From: Bdellovibrionales bacterium
GTDB lineage: Bacteria > Bdellovibrionota > Bdellovibrionia > Bdellovibrionales > UBA1609
DNA: 64,000 nt
Assembly (NCBI GenBank): GCA_965197855.1
Contig: OZ240230.1
Coordinates: forward strand, 960,153-1,024,152
Reading direction: 5' to 3'
Shown: positions 37,857 through 49,455 of the stretch, in pieces
Numbering within the stretch: the stretch's first letter is position 1
Layout of the letters: the number at the start of each line of letters is the position of its first letter
Notes under the pieces: generated by a model
Told to the model about the DNA's origin: nothing
The model's input: the letters and a program-made list of their open reading frames with translations, nothing else
The model's database searches: none
Position numbers and translations under genes: made by a program

Positions 37857-38501
37857 ATGAAGTATTCATTAATAATATTATTTGTAACAGCGGTTTTTTT
37901 TGCTCAAGCAGAAAACTCAGGCGGACTAGGAGGCTTTGTCTCAGTTAATGTGGGTGCGGCTGTCAATAGTAAATTAACAGATTTTAATTACCCAGTGTCT
38001 TTCTCTTATGGAGGCAATATTTTAGAAGATCGGTATGTAGGTGTCTTTGAAGTAGGTGCAGGAACATATCGAGGGTGGGATGAATTTCAAGTGCCTATTC
38101 ACTTACTTTTTAAGTATTCTTATGATTTTATGGTTTCCAGTTCCAATTGGGGTATTGGATTGGATACAACTTTATATCTTGGTGGTGCCACTATAAATTA
38201 TGGCATAGATCAAGAAGGAAAGATTATAGAAGGTGATGATTGGGCAAATAGGTTGACTGAAAGCAAAAAAGGGATTGAATTGTATATTGGACATGCTTTG
38301 GGATTATTTGTGAGAAAACGTATTATTGATATTCAATCTCAATCTCTTATTGTTCTTCTTAGGTTAGGTATAAATAATGCATTAGTGATGAGGCCTCGTT
38401 TTTCTAAAAAGGACAAAGATAAAGAAGAAACTATGAAAATAAAGAATGATTGGTTAACTCCAAATTTTTATTTAGGCACTGGATTTCGATGGTATTTTTA
38501 A
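37857..38501 (+). CDS. small outer-membrane beta-barrel protein
   Basis: Signal peptide (FFAQA), alternating beta-strand pattern, C-terminal GFRWYF. Confidence 0.55.
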   Translation: MKYSLIILFVTAVFFAQAENSGGLGGFVSVNVGAAVNSKLTDFNYPVSFSYGGNILEDRYVGVFEVGAGTYRGWDEFQVPIHLLFKYSYDFMVSSSNWGIGLDTTLYLGGATINYGIDQEGKIIEGDDWANRLTESKKGIELYIGHALGLFVRKRIIDIQSQSLIVLLRLGINNALVMRPRFSKKDKDKEETMKIKNDWLTPNFYLGTGFRWYF

Positions 38502-38535
38502 GAAGTTTCAGTTTATAAAAGATTCGTCTGCAATT

Positions 38536-39261
38536 CTAAGAGGCTTTATTTAGGATTTCTTTGCAGGCTTTTGGAAGTGTGAATGCAAAAACAGAGCCAG
38601 TCTCTTGTGATGAAAGAAGTTCGATTTTTCCTCCATGCTTTTCCACAATCCATTTGCTAAGATAAAGCCCTAAACCCGTTCCTTTTAAATCCGAGTTTGT
38701 GGATGAACGCAAACTTTTAAATCGATGAAAAATCTTATCCTTCAAATAATCAGGAATACCAGCTCCTTCATCTTTAATAGAAAAAAACAAATCATGGCTC
38801 TCCTGGGTTTTAGTTTGAAGTTTAATTGTAGAGTTTTCAGGAGAGTGTTGAATGGCATTTAACAAAAGGTTTTTTAAAATAATATTTATCCATTGAAGAT
38901 CCACGTGTACTTTTAATGGGAAGGATTCAATGTTTACAATTTTTATTTTTTTATAAGCAATCCATGAGGACAGTTGTTCCTGAACGTCCTTTAATATATC
39001 AGACCATAAATTCCATTCACGATTAAGAGGAAAATCCTGCTCCAATTCTTTCATGCTCAATCCGTCTTCTACAAACTGAAACAAACGGGTCAAATCATTA
39101 TTCATTTTTTGTACAGTCTTTTTAGATCCTTTCTGCTGTAACTTGGAGTTTAAATCATCCAATTGAAACTTCAAAGACATTAAAGGAGATTTAAGTTCAT
39201 GTACGAAAAGACTAAAAAAATCTAAACCTAAAGGAAACTCTTCTTTTGGATTTTGTTTCAT
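38536..39261 (-). CDS. orphan cytoplasmic histidine kinase (HisKA + HATPase only)
   Basis: H-box FVHELKSPL; N box LLLNAIQHS; G boxes DEGAGI and GTGLGL. Confidence 0.8.
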   Translation of the reverse strand: MKQNPKEEFPLGLDFFSLFVHELKSPLMSLKFQLDDLNSKLQQKGSKKTVQKMNNDLTRLFQFVEDGLSMKELEQDFPLNREWNLWSDILKDVQEQLSSWIAYKKIKIVNIESFPLKVHVDLQWINIILKNLLLNAIQHSPENSTIKLQTKTQESHDLFFSIKDEGAGIPDYLKDKIFHRFKSLRSSTNSDLKGTGLGLYLSKWIVEKHGGKIELLSSQETGSVFAFTLPKACKEILNKAS

Positions 39262-39420
39262 ACTGCTTTCCTCTTATGTTCTTTTCGGAGAAAGACCGAT
39301 TAAAGTTGAGTCTTCTTCTAAGAATTTCCCATCTGTTTCTCATTAAAAATCCATATATTAAAATGTTTTTTTGACACTGCTTTCACTTAAGGATACAAAG
39401 TTTTAAATTCGGAGAATTAA

Positions 39421-40812
39421 ATGACGGAATCATATTTTAAAGAACTAGAAGATTTTTTATCAGAGTCACAAATTTTAAGAGATAAAAAAAGTCTTGAGTT
39501 TTATGGACAGGATTGGGTTCGTCTATATAAAGTGAACCCCTCTCTTGTTGTTTTCCCTCAAAATGCTGAAGACGTTGTTCAACTGGTAAAATGGGCTAGA
39601 AAATATAAAGTAGCTCTTGTGCCCTCAGGAGGGCGAACGGGTCTGAGTGGGGCGGCTGTGGCTTCTCAACTAGAAGTGATTGTTTCTTTTGAAAAAATGA
39701 ATCAACTGATTGAATGGAATGAGGCTGAAGAGACATTCACTGTAGAAGCCGGTTGTATTACAAAAGAAGTGCAAAAGTGGGCAATGGATCGCGGATTTTT
39801 TTTTCCTGTTTCATTTGCGGCTGAAGGTTCTAGTCAAATTGGAGGAAATGTGGCGACTAATGCCGGTGGTGTTCATGTCATTCAATACGGCTCCACTAGA
39901 AATTGGGTCAGAGGTTTGGAGGTTGTCACAGGAAAAGGTGAGGTCTTACAGCTAGGACGTCACCTTATTAAAGATTCCACGGGATATAATTTTTTGCATC
40001 TATTTATTGGCTCTGAAGGCACCTTGGGGTTTATCACTAAAGTCACTCTGGGAGTTACTTCTCGCCCAACATCTTTAAATGTGTTTCTTCTAGCTGTGCC
40101 TCAATTGAATGATTTGATTGAAATTTATTCCAGATTTAAAAAGAATGTTCCTCTTCATGCTTTTGAAATGATGACAGATTTAGCCTTGGATTATGTGCAA
40201 AAGACAGGAAAGAGTATTCCTCTTTCCAAAAAATCTTCTTACTATGTTTTAATGGAGATTGAAGAATCTTATCAGGAGAAAGCTCTCTTAATTTTTGAAA
40301 AACTTATGGAAGAAGGTAAGATTGAAGACGGCACTCTTAGTCAAAGTGCAGAGCAGGCGCAAGAGATATGGGCTTTAAGAGAAAATATCAGTGAATCCAT
40401 TGCTCCTTATAAACCTTATAAGAATGATATTGCTGTTCGTATTTCAAAACTGCCTGAGTTTCTAACTCAAGTCGATTCTTTGCTTAAAAAAGAATATCCT
40501 GAGTATAAAGTAGTTTGGTTTGGCCATATTGGAGATGGCAATTTGCATATCAACATTTTAAAGCCAGAAAGTTTAAAAGAGGATGAATTTATTAAAAATT
40601 GTGAGAGAGTGAATCAACTCCTCTTTTCTAAAATTAAAGAGTTTGGAGGCACTATCTCTGCAGAACATGGAGTGGGTTTATTAAAAAAACCATACTTGCA
40701 TTATACCAAATCTCAGGAAGAAATAGATTATATGAGAGAGATTAAAAAGATCTTTGATCCTGATCATATTATGAATCCAGGTAAAATTTTTAATGTTGAA
40801 AAAAATGTCTAA
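39421..40812 (+). CDS. FAD-linked oxidase (GlcD / D-lactate dehydrogenase-like)
   Basis: 463 aa; FAD-binding PCMH-type N-terminal domain (VPSGGRTGLSGAAV) and C-terminal AEHGVG motif. Confidence 0.88.
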   Translation: MTESYFKELEDFLSESQILRDKKSLEFYGQDWVRLYKVNPSLVVFPQNAEDVVQLVKWARKYKVALVPSGGRTGLSGAAVASQLEVIVSFEKMNQLIEWNEAEETFTVEAGCITKEVQKWAMDRGFFFPVSFAAEGSSQIGGNVATNAGGVHVIQYGSTRNWVRGLEVVTGKGEVLQLGRHLIKDSTGYNFLHLFIGSEGTLGFITKVTLGVTSRPTSLNVFLLAVPQLNDLIEIYSRFKKNVPLHAFEMMTDLALDYVQKTGKSIPLSKKSSYYVLMEIEESYQEKALLIFEKLMEEGKIEDGTLSQSAEQAQEIWALRENISESIAPYKPYKNDIAVRISKLPEFLTQVDSLLKKEYPEYKVVWFGHIGDGNLHINILKPESLKEDEFIKNCERVNQLLFSKIKEFGGTISAEHGVGLLKKPYLHYTKSQEEIDYMREIKKIFDPDHIMNPGKIFNVEKNV

Positions 40813-42172
40813 TCAAAGGAGACCACTTCGGACTCTTATAATTATATCGATCAAAGGTAATTCTTTTTAAATTAGAGCCATCTATATGAATGGTGTAGAG
40901 TTGGTTAGAACCCGTTCGATCACTGGTAAAAACAATTTGTCTACCGTCTGGTGAAAAAGAAGGGGATTCATTATTGGACCATCTACCATTTCTGGCTCTC
41001 GCTGTTGTCAGACGCTTTATATTAGAGGGGCCTTCCGCGTTCATAATAAAAATATCAAAGCGGCTTCTGGAGTAACCGGAAAAAACAATTTGTTTTCCAT
41101 CAGGAGACCAGTCCGGGGTGGAATTGTATTGGCCGGTAAAAGTGAGTCGACGAACATTTTCTCCATATCTATTCATTTCATGGATCATTACTTTTCCTGT
41201 TCGATCAGAAGAGAATATAATTTTTTCTCCATTCGGGTGAATGGCAGGTTCCACATTAATAGCTCCTCTTGGTCCCATACGAACAGGAAAAGCTTTTTTA
41301 TTTCTAAGTGAAAATTTAAAAATATCCATGCCTCCCCATTTGGAAGGAATAGTCATAAGCATTTCACGTCCGGATGGAAAAAAATCGGCTCCTAAATTTG
41401 TTCCATAATTGTCGGAAATAATTCGTCGTTTCTTTCTGGTAAAATCATAAAGAAGTATATTAGCTCTTCTACCTTTAAGACTTCGACGGTAAACAAAAGC
41501 TGTATAGGCTAATTTTTTTCCAGTGGGATGCCATGATGGAGTCATCACAACAGAGCGATGAAAAGAAACTTGTTTTTTATTTGAACCATCCCAGTTCATT
41601 ACAAAAATTTCTTTCTTATTGTTTTTAAAATTACGAACAGCGGCGATTTTTGTCAGAAAAATACCAGGTTTCTTAGTAAGGTATTCGATAATATCATTGC
41701 AGATAAAATGAGCTAAAGAAACCCTTTTGGAGACAGGGGAGTCATACTCTTTTTTAAAGATGCTTTTTTTAAGTAGGACATCATACATATAGATACGTAG
41801 ATTGATTTGATCTTTTTTTACAGAGTATCGAGTGAGGATTAAAAATTCAGTTCCAATGACTTTCCAGTTCTCCCATCTAAAACCTTTTGGATGTTTTGGA
41901 TATGGAATAACTGCACGAGTCTTCGGGTTTTCTACAAAAGCACCAGAAGGAATTAAGTTAAAGTAGCCTGAAGAATTTAAATTCTTTTTGATTTGTGCAG
42001 AGATAACTTTTCCATAATCAAGATGTTCCTGCACAATAGATGTATTGGTGTAAACCAATGGGGAGACAGCCACCAGGCTTTTCTTAACTTTAGCCTGCCC
42101 TACATTAATGTATACACGTGCATACAGTGGAGATATTAAGAGAAGACAAAAAATATAAATAAAACTTTTCAA
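40790..42172 (-). CDS. tolB: Tol-Pal system beta-propeller protein TolB
   Basis: Signal peptide, TolB N-domain, repeated P.WSPDG propeller blades (TPDWSPDGKQIVF, SPSFSPDGRQIVF). Confidence 0.9.
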   Translation of the reverse strand: MKSFIYIFCLLLISPLYARVYINVGQAKVKKSLVAVSPLVYTNTSIVQEHLDYGKVISAQIKKNLNSSGYFNLIPSGAFVENPKTRAVIPYPKHPKGFRWENWKVIGTEFLILTRYSVKKDQINLRIYMYDVLLKKSIFKKEYDSPVSKRVSLAHFICNDIIEYLTKKPGIFLTKIAAVRNFKNNKKEIFVMNWDGSNKKQVSFHRSVVMTPSWHPTGKKLAYTAFVYRRSLKGRRANILLYDFTRKKRRIISDNYGTNLGADFFPSGREMLMTIPSKWGGMDIFKFSLRNKKAFPVRMGPRGAINVEPAIHPNGEKIIFSSDRTGKVMIHEMNRYGENVRRLTFTGQYNSTPDWSPDGKQIVFSGYSRSRFDIFIMNAEGPSNIKRLTTARARNGRWSNNESPSFSPDGRQIVFTSDRTGSNQLYTIHIDGSNLKRITFDRYNYKSPKWSPLIRHFFQH

Positions 42173-42244
42173 TGGAAACCTTTATATATTTAATATTTTA
42201 TCTTTATTTTTTAGTTAAAATCCAGTTTTTTCATAACAAATGCA

Positions 42245-42961
42245 TTAAGGAAAGTTAAAACCTATACCTTCTCGGCTGAGAGAATAAACTAATTCCGAAG
42301 GAGGCTCTGGCAGAGGGGAGGAGATTCTGATGGTTTCAATGACAATTTGATCAAAACTTTCATCACCGGAACTTTTCTCCAACTCTATACGTGTGACTTG
42401 TCCTAACTTATTAATATAAATGACCATGGTCGCCTTTAAGTTTTTATCTGCCAGAAATTGAGGGATGTTCCAGTTTCTATTGAGATGAGCTTTAATGCGG
42501 GCAGAGTAAGCGCTAATCAAAAGAGCATTCACTTCACCCTCCTGGGAAGAGCCCTTGGATATTTGTTCCCCTTTGTAGAGGAGTTTTTCTTCTCTTAAAT
42601 TTGCAATGGCTTGGGACTGAGCTGTTTTAGTTTGTTTTGGATCTGGTTTGGATTTTTCTACTTTCTTTAATTCTTTTTTTGCGTCAGGTTTTTTTGGTGT
42701 GGGTTTGGGTTTTTTCTTAGGTTTTTCAGGAACAGATTTTTTAACTTCTTTTTTTGGTGTGGATTTTTGTACAGGTTGAGGTCTTTTAATATCAGGAAGC
42801 CCTACCATATCGACGCGTATAGCTTCTTTTATTTCAATAGGTTTTGAACGAAACATTTGAGGTGAAAACAGAAGAATAAAAAATATGCAGATATGACCTA
42901 CGAAAGAAATAACGGTAAAGTTAAGAAATGTTTTTTGTGATGATAACAGAAGTGATGTCAT
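42245..42961 (-). CDS. tolA: TolA/TonB-like energy-transducer protein
   Basis: N-terminal anchor, Lys/Pro-rich linker (PKKEVKKSVPEKPKKKPKPTPKKP), TonB-C-like domain; lies between tolR and tolB. Confidence 0.65.
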   Translation of the reverse strand: MTSLLLSSQKTFLNFTVISFVGHICIFFILLFSPQMFRSKPIEIKEAIRVDMVGLPDIKRPQPVQKSTPKKEVKKSVPEKPKKKPKPTPKKPDAKKELKKVEKSKPDPKQTKTAQSQAIANLREEKLLYKGEQISKGSSQEGEVNALLISAYSARIKAHLNRNWNIPQFLADKNLKATMVIYINKLGQVTRIELEKSSGDESFDQIVIETIRISSPLPEPPSELVYSLSREGIGFNFP

Positions 42962-43368
42962 TACTCTTTAAATTTAGTGACAAGATTGATTTGATCCAGT
43001 CCTGCAGAGCGGACTTCACCCATAGCTTCTGCGACAAACCCATAGTAAACTTTCTTATCTGCATGAATATAAATTTGTTTGGATTTTCTGGCTTTAAAAA
43101 TATTAGCTAATTTAGGTTTTAATTTCTTTAAAGGAATTTCAGCTGTTCCAATGTAAATCTTTCCGCTTTTTTTAATCACTAAGATAAATGGATCATCCGG
43201 GACTTGAAGCCCTGTGTTTTTAGCTTCTGGTAGATCTACGTTTAATCCTTGCTGCATCATGGGGGCTGTCACCATGAAGATCACTAATAACACCAACATC
43301 ACATCCACAAAGGGTGTGACGTTGATTTCACAGAGAACACGTTGAGATTTTGGAGTCATAGCACTCAT
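42961..43368 (-). CDS. tolR: biopolymer transport protein TolR/ExbD
   Basis: 135 aa; INVTPFVDVMLVLLVIFMV motif with the conserved Asp. Confidence 0.85.
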   Translation of the reverse strand: MSAMTPKSQRVLCEINVTPFVDVMLVLLVIFMVTAPMMQQGLNVDLPEAKNTGLQVPDDPFILVIKKSGKIYIGTAEIPLKKLKPKLANIFKARKSKQIYIHADKKVYYGFVAEAMGEVRSAGLDQINLVTKFKE

Positions 43369-44190
43369 TTAGGAATCCTTAAAAAAGTTTCTTTTAGCAA
43401 TATTCAAAAAGTCAGTAGTGAAATTAGAAAACATAAGCTCCATTTTTTTTATTTTTGTCACATAATGATTGTAAAATACAGAAGCAGGAATGGCGGCGAA
43501 TAATCCCACTCCTGTAGCAATTAAAGCTTCCGAGATACCAGGAGCTACGACCGCTAAGCTGGCAGAACCCATTTTCCCAATGCTTTGAAAAGCATCCATG
43601 ATACCGAAGACAGTTCCAAAAAGTCCAATGAAGGGACTCACAGTGCCTGTTGTTGCCAGAAAAGCTAATTTATCTTCCATAGCTGAGATTTCATTCATGA
43701 CAGCTTTTCTTAAAGATCTCTCTAAATTATCTAACCCGGATAATAAACCTTCATTTGTAGTTTCTGATTCAGCTAATTTTGATTTGGATAATTTTTGTAT
43801 CTCTTTATATCCTGTCTTAAAAATGTTAGCGAGTGAGCTTTTGCTGTATTTCAAACTGACTTCGTAGATGCTTTGTAAGTTATTGGCTTTTTGAAAAATA
43901 TCCTGAAAAGGGGCATTGTAAATTTCAATCTTGTGAAACATTTTTCTTTTTGTTAGAATAATACCCCAAGAAAATACTGACATAAAAATTAGAATGACAA
44001 AAGTGAGTTGTACTAAAATATTAGCATGGAGTATGGAGTAAATAATTTCCATGCTTGAAGAAGTGGAGGCTGTCTTTGCTATTTCAGAGGTTTCAGCCCA
44101 TACGAGAGAGGATGTTGTCAGTACCAATAAGAATCTCATCATGGGATTTATCCTCTCATAAGCTCGGGCGGAGTAAAAGTAGTTTTTCAC
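43369..44190 (-). CDS. tolQ: MotA/TolQ/ExbB proton channel protein with N-terminal extension
   Basis: C-terminal ATTGTVSPFIGLFGTVFGIM and APGISEALIATGVGL motifs; signal-like segment MMRFLLVLTTSSLVWA near the N-terminus. Confidence 0.85.
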   Translation of the reverse strand: MKNYFYSARAYERINPMMRFLLVLTTSSLVWAETSEIAKTASTSSSMEIIYSILHANILVQLTFVILIFMSVFSWGIILTKRKMFHKIEIYNAPFQDIFQKANNLQSIYEVSLKYSKSSLANIFKTGYKEIQKLSKSKLAESETTNEGLLSGLDNLERSLRKAVMNEISAMEDKLAFLATTGTVSPFIGLFGTVFGIMDAFQSIGKMGSASLAVVAPGISEALIATGVGLFAAIPASVFYNHYVTKIKKMELMFSNFTTDFLNIAKRNFFKDS

Positions 44191-44278
44191 TGTCTAGCTA
44201 TTGAACTAACTGATTGAAAGTGATACTTTAAGGATCCCTTGCAGGAATTTTGTCTTGAAGGGAATTTGAGGGCGAAGA

Positions 44279-45691
44279 ATGAAAGAATATAAATATGGTT
44301 TTGTTACGGATATTGAGTCGGAGACGTTTTCACCGGGACTCAGTTCAAAGGTCATAGAACAAATTTCTGAGAAAAAAGGGGAGCCTTCTTGGATGTTGGA
44401 TTTACGTCTAAAGGCTTATAGACATTGGAAAACTATAAAAGAGCCTCGTTGGGCCTTTTTGAAATATCCTCATATTAATTATCAGGATATTCATTATTTT
44501 TCCAAACCTGTTCAACAAAAAAAGAGTGTTCAATCTTTAGACGAAGTGGATCCTCAATTGCTTAAAACTTTTGAAAGATTGGGGATTCCATTATCAGAGC
44601 AAAAAAGATTATCAGGTGTTGCTGTGGATGCTGTCTTTGACAGTGTTTCTATTATGACGACACATACAAAAACTTTGGAAAAACATGGTGTGATTTTTTG
44701 TTCCATGTCTGAGGCTATTCAAAATCATGGTGACTTGGTTAAAAAATATATGGGGACTGTGGTTCCTTATCGGGACAATTTTTTTGCCTGCTTAAATCAG
44801 GCTGTTTTTACAGATGGATCTTTTTGCTTTATTCCAAAAAATGTTCGTTGTCCTTTGGATCTTTCCACTTATTTTCGAATCAATCAGGAAAATACAGGCC
44901 AGTTTGAGCGTACATTGATTATTGCTGAGGAAAAATCTTATGTAAATTACCTGGAAGGTTGTACAGCTCCCATGAGGGACTCCAATCAATTGCATGCGGC
45001 TGTTGTAGAGTTGATTGCTTTGGATGAGGCGGAAATTAAGTATTCTACTGTACAAAACTGGTACCCAGGAGATTCCAAAGGTAAAGGAGGGGTTTATAAC
45101 TTTGTGACAAAAAGGGGTCGGTGTCTGGGAAGAAAATCAAAGATTTCTTGGACTCAGGTAGAAGCAGGTTCAGCTATTACCTGGAAGTATCCCAGTTGTT
45201 TGCTTCAGGGAGACGAATCTACAGGAGCTTTTTATTCTGTGGCTTTAACTCACGATCATATGCAGGCAGATACGGGAACAAAAATGGTGCATATTGGAAA
45301 AAATACCAAAAGCACTATTATTTCTAAAGGTATTTCTTCTGGAAAGGCCTGCAATAGTTACAGAGGTTTGGTGAGGATTCTACCTAAAGCAAAAGGCGCT
45401 AGAAATTATTCACAATGTGATTCTATGTTGGTGGGCGATCAAAGTCGTGCGAATACTTTTCCTTCCATTGATGTGCAAAATGAAGAAGGAACTGTGGAAC
45501 ATGAAGCTTCCACTTGTCGAGTTAGTGAAGAACAATTATTTTATCTTAATTCCAGAGGACTTGATACAGAGCCGGCTGTTTCTCTGTTGGTCAATGGCTT
45601 TTGCAAAGAAGTCTTTAAACGTCTTCCTCTTGAATTTTCTGTTGAGGCTGTCAAGCTGATTGAAATGAAATTGGAACACAGTATAGGTTAA
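44279..45691 (+). CDS. sufB: Fe-S cluster assembly scaffold SufB
   Basis: 470 aa; highly characteristic SufB sequence ([36 protein letters not shown]). Confidence 0.95.
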   Translation: MKEYKYGFVTDIESETFSPGLSSKVIEQISEKKGEPSWMLDLRLKAYRHWKTIKEPRWAFLKYPHINYQDIHYFSKPVQQKKSVQSLDEVDPQLLKTFERLGIPLSEQKRLSGVAVDAVFDSVSIMTTHTKTLEKHGVIFCSMSEAIQNHGDLVKKYMGTVVPYRDNFFACLNQAVFTDGSFCFIPKNVRCPLDLSTYFRINQENTGQFERTLIIAEEKSYVNYLEGCTAPMRDSNQLHAAVVELIALDEAEIKYSTVQNWYPGDSKGKGGVYNFVTKRGRCLGRKSKISWTQVEAGSAITWKYPSCLLQGDESTGAFYSVALTHDHMQADTGTKMVHIGKNTKSTIISKGISSGKACNSYRGLVRILPKAKGARNYSQCDSMLVGDQSRANTFPSIDVQNEEGTVEHEASTCRVSEEQLFYLNSRGLDTEPAVSLLVNGFCKEVFKRLPLEFSVEAVKLIEMKLEHSIG

Positions 45692-45697
45692 AAAATC

Positions 45698-46450
45698 ATG
45701 ATTCAAATTCAAAATCTCTTTGTTAAAGCAGGTGAACGTTCTATTTTAAAGGACCTTAATTTACAAATAAATCCAGGTGAAGTGCATTCTATTATGGGCC
45801 CTAATGGCTCTGGAAAAAGCACTTTATTTAAAGCTATTGTGGGTTATCCGGATCTTTCTGTTTCGGGAAAAATTTTATACCGAAATGGTGATGATCAAGA
45901 ATATGAAAATTTATTAGATAAAGACCCTGTGCTAAGAGCTCTTGAAGGTATCTTTATGGCTTTCCAACATCCTGTGGAGGTTCCAGGAGTGAATAACTTT
46001 AATTTTCTTCACACTTCATTTAATTCTATTTGTAAGCATCATGGTTCTGCGGAGATGGATGAAAAAGAGTTTTTAAAATTTGCGGAAAGCAAAATTACTC
46101 TTTTAGGTTTGGATAAAAAATTTTTATACCATCCTTTGAATGAAGGGCTTTCAGGTGGAGAGAAAAAGAAAAATGAATTGTTTCAAATGTCTGTGCTTTC
46201 TCCTACTTTGTCTCTGTTGGATGAACTGGATTCCGGTTTGGATATTGATTCTATAAAAATGTTGGCTGAAAGTTTAAAGAAAATGAAGAATGAACAAAAT
46301 GCTATTGTACTAATTACACATTATCATCGTTTGCTTTCCGACATTGAGCCGGACTATGTTCATATCTTAGTGGACGGACAAATTAAAGAGACGGGGGACT
46401 ATTCTCTAGCTGTTCAGGTCGATAAAATAGGTTATGATCAATGGATGTAA
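45698..46450 (+). CDS. sufC: Fe-S cluster assembly ATPase SufC
   Basis: Walker A GPNGSGKST, signature LSGGEKKK, Walker B LLDELDSGLD. Confidence 0.95.
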   Translation: MIQIQNLFVKAGERSILKDLNLQINPGEVHSIMGPNGSGKSTLFKAIVGYPDLSVSGKILYRNGDDQEYENLLDKDPVLRALEGIFMAFQHPVEVPGVNNFNFLHTSFNSICKHHGSAEMDEKEFLKFAESKITLLGLDKKFLYHPLNEGLSGGEKKKNELFQMSVLSPTLSLLDELDSGLDIDSIKMLAESLKKMKNEQNAIVLITHYHRLLSDIEPDYVHILVDGQIKETGDYSLAVQVDKIGYDQWM

Positions 46451-47499
46451 ACCATGACATGCGTTTTGTAAAAAATATTTTAGAATGGCAGAACAATCAA
46501 ATACAATTGCCAGAAGATAAAAATATTTTCTTATTAAGTTCATTGAAAAATTCTAATGCTCCAGAAAAAATTACAGATTGGATTGAAAAAACGTTAAATC
46601 AAAAAGACAACAGCCTTGTGTCTTTTTCAAAAAAAAACTATTCCAATGTTTTACAAGGGGTCGTTGTATGGTTGAAAGAGGGGGAGAAGAAAGATATTCA
46701 GATTAATTATAAAAATTCAGACAGTAACAATGAGCCTCATGTCATAAGAAATTTTTTCTTTCTTGAAAAGAACTCTTCTCTGAGTTGGATTGAATATTTT
46801 TTAAATTCATCTTTTCAATCTGAAAATTATATTTTTGTAGAAGATCATGCTGTCTGCCATAGATTAATGATCAATCAAAGTTATTTGAATTCCACGGTTT
46901 ATTGTGATCTTCATCAAAGCTCATCATTTTTTTCTTTGGACATTAATTTAAGTTCTTTATCCAGGGGGCTTCAAGTTTATGGCAAAAAACCTCATAATGT
47001 TTCCATTGTACGCGGTTTGAATTTGTTGAAGCAAAAAGACAAGTCTTCGTGGTTTATCCTCAATCAGCATGATGGGGTTTCAGGTTATAGTCGGCAATGG
47101 TATCGCAGTATTCTAAGTGGGCGATCGAAAAACTTTATGCATTCCAAAGTGTTGATTCAGGCTCAAGAAACAGATTCTCATCAGATGCTTCAGGATTTAC
47201 TTTTAAGTCCTTATGCTAAAACTGAGAATAGACCTGAGTTAGAAGTTTCTAAAGATCGGGTGAAAGCAACTCACGGCGCGACGACGGGCACTCCTAATCC
47301 CATGGACATTTTTTATATGAATACACGTGGGGTTTCTAAAGAAAGAGCTTTGGAATTTTTAATTTCAGGGTGGGCAGAGGCTATTTTTGCTAAAAGTGAG
47401 TATGATTCATTTAATGAGTTTTTTAAAAAGATAACTCCCTCGCTTCGACCTTTTTTAAAGAACCACATGAAGCAACTTCAAATCACTCAATCTGAATAG
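46441..47499 (+). CDS. sufD: Fe-S cluster assembly protein SufD
   Basis: Follows sufC with a 10-nt overlap; C-terminal SufB/D beta-helix pattern (ATHGATTG, FYMNTRGVSKERA). Confidence 0.8.
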   Translation: MDVNHDMRFVKNILEWQNNQIQLPEDKNIFLLSSLKNSNAPEKITDWIEKTLNQKDNSLVSFSKKNYSNVLQGVVVWLKEGEKKDIQINYKNSDSNNEPHVIRNFFFLEKNSSLSWIEYFLNSSFQSENYIFVEDHAVCHRLMINQSYLNSTVYCDLHQSSSFFSLDINLSSLSRGLQVYGKKPHNVSIVRGLNLLKQKDKSSWFILNQHDGVSGYSRQWYRSILSGRSKNFMHSKVLIQAQETDSHQMLQDLLLSPYAKTENRPELEVSKDRVKATHGATTGTPNPMDIFYMNTRGVSKERALEFLISGWAEAIFAKSEYDSFNEFFKKITPSLRPFLKNHMKQLQITQSE

Positions 47500-49306
47500 C
47501 TGGGTTGGTTTTATTTTCTTTTCTTTTATTGGGGTCCAGTTCGATACAACGCAAGCGAATATTTTCTGGCGTTACTTCAATGAGTTCATTGTCTTTAATC
47601 CACTCCAAGGCTAATTCCAAGGTGATTTTTTTATGAGGTTTGAGTTTAATGCCTTCATCGCTCCCTGAAGCTCTGACATTGCTCAATTTTTTTTCTCGAC
47701 AAATATTTACATTGAGATCAGTGGATTTATTTGCTTCTCCAATAATCATACCTCTATAAACCTTTACCCCTGGTGAGATAAAAAGGTCTCCTCGGTCTTC
47801 TAAGTGAAAAATAGCATAGGAGGAGGCTGTACCCTGGCGATCAGAGATAATAGATCCTGTTCTTCTTCCTGGGATTTCACCAAGGTAATCATCATAAGAA
47901 TCAAAAGATGTGTTTAAGAGTCCTGTCCCTCGGGTGTCGGTTAAAAATTCAGAATGATATCCGATGAGTCCACGGGCTGGTATTCTAAATTCAGCTCGGG
48001 TGCGGCCTGAACCTCGGTTGTTAATATTAATCAAAACTCCTTTTCGTTCTCCAAGCTTTTGGGTCACAGCTCCTAGAAAACTCTGCTCCACATCAACGAT
48101 AGCCAATTCCATGGGTTCTTTTAACTGACCATTTTCTTTAAGAGTTAAAACTTTGGGTTTGCTCACCAGAAATTCAAAACCTTCTCGTCGCATTTGCTCA
48201 AAAAGTATGGAGAGCTGGAGTTCTCCTCGACCCAGAATTTTGAAGCTCTCAAGGCTATCAGTGGGCTCCACTTGAATAGCTACATTGTAAAGTGTTTCCT
48301 TTTCAAGACGTTCTTTAATTTTTCGGCTGGTGAGTTGTTTTCCTTCAAGGCCAGCAAAGGGAGAATTATTCACTGACATGATAACGGTGACTGTGGGTTC
48401 ATTCACTTTCAATCTGTTCAAAGGTTTTGGGTTGTTAATATCCGTTAGGGTATCACCGATAAAAATTTCTTCAAACCCAGCCACAATAGCGATATCACCA
48501 GCATGAAGTTCTTCAGTTTTTACTTTTTTATTTGCTGAATATTTAAAAAGTGTGGTGATCTTCACTTTTTTATTATTGTCTTTATGACAAACCGTAATTT
48601 CCTGACCCACCTTTAATGAACCTGAGCGAATTCGACCCACAGCCAGCTGTCCCACATAGTCGTCATAATCAATATTAGCCACCAACATTTGTAGGGGGCC
48701 TTCAAGGTTCACTTGGGGTGCGGGTATTTTTTCAATAATCCAGTTAAAGAGAATGCTTAAGTCTTCGGTTAATTTGTTAGGGTTTGTTGTGGCAATGCCT
48801 TTTTTACCGATGGCATAGAGTAAATCAAAATCTGCCTGTTCTTCTGTAGCATCTAGGTCAATAAATAAATCAAAAATATCGTTATGAACTTCATCAATGC
48901 GAGCATCGGAGCGGTCAATTTTATTGATACAAACAATAATTTTAATATTTTTCTTCAGAGCTTTTTCGAGGACAAAACGAGTTTGAGGAAGAGGCCCTTC
49001 ACTAGCATCCACCAGTAAAATAGCTCCATCCACCATGTCCAGAATTCTTTCCACTTCACCGCCAAAATCGCTGTGTCCGGGGGTGTCCACAATATTAACT
49101 TTCACACCATTGTAAACAAAAGAGGCATTCTTGGCGGAAATAGTAATTCCACGTTCTTTTTCCAGGTCCATAGTGTCCATGAGTCTTTCATTGACTTCCA
49201 TATTTTTGCGAAAAGTTCCACTTTGTTTGAGAAAGTGATCCACAAGGGTTGTTTTTCCATGGTCAACATGGGCAATGATGGCAATGTTACGAATAGGTAC
49301 AGACAT
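47483..49306 (-). CDS. typA: translational GTPase TypA/BipA
   Basis: [38 protein letters not shown] GTPase motifs; 607 aa. Confidence 0.95.
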   Translation of the reverse strand: MSVPIRNIAIIAHVDHGKTTLVDHFLKQSGTFRKNMEVNERLMDTMDLEKERGITISAKNASFVYNGVKVNIVDTPGHSDFGGEVERILDMVDGAILLVDASEGPLPQTRFVLEKALKKNIKIIVCINKIDRSDARIDEVHNDIFDLFIDLDATEEQADFDLLYAIGKKGIATTNPNKLTEDLSILFNWIIEKIPAPQVNLEGPLQMLVANIDYDDYVGQLAVGRIRSGSLKVGQEITVCHKDNNKKVKITTLFKYSANKKVKTEELHAGDIAIVAGFEEIFIGDTLTDINNPKPLNRLKVNEPTVTVIMSVNNSPFAGLEGKQLTSRKIKERLEKETLYNVAIQVEPTDSLESFKILGRGELQLSILFEQMRREGFEFLVSKPKVLTLKENGQLKEPMELAIVDVEQSFLGAVTQKLGERKGVLININNRGSGRTRAEFRIPARGLIGYHSEFLTDTRGTGLLNTSFDSYDDYLGEIPGRRTGSIISDRQGTASSYAIFHLEDRGDLFISPGVKVYRGMIIGEANKSTDLNVNICREKKLSNVRASGSDEGIKLKPHKKITLELALEWIKDNELIEVTPENIRLRCIELDPNKRKENKTNPAIQIE

Positions 49307-49455
49307 AGTTTTTTTAGAGATCTTTAGGTTAAGGAGGGTGTAAAACCTATTCTATAGTGAGATTCTTTCTCATTTCAAGTGAATTTTCTTTGTTCAGAAC
49401 AATTTATATCTTTCTTCTTAGATGGGGAGGGATTTGGATTTTGCTGTTAAGTATT

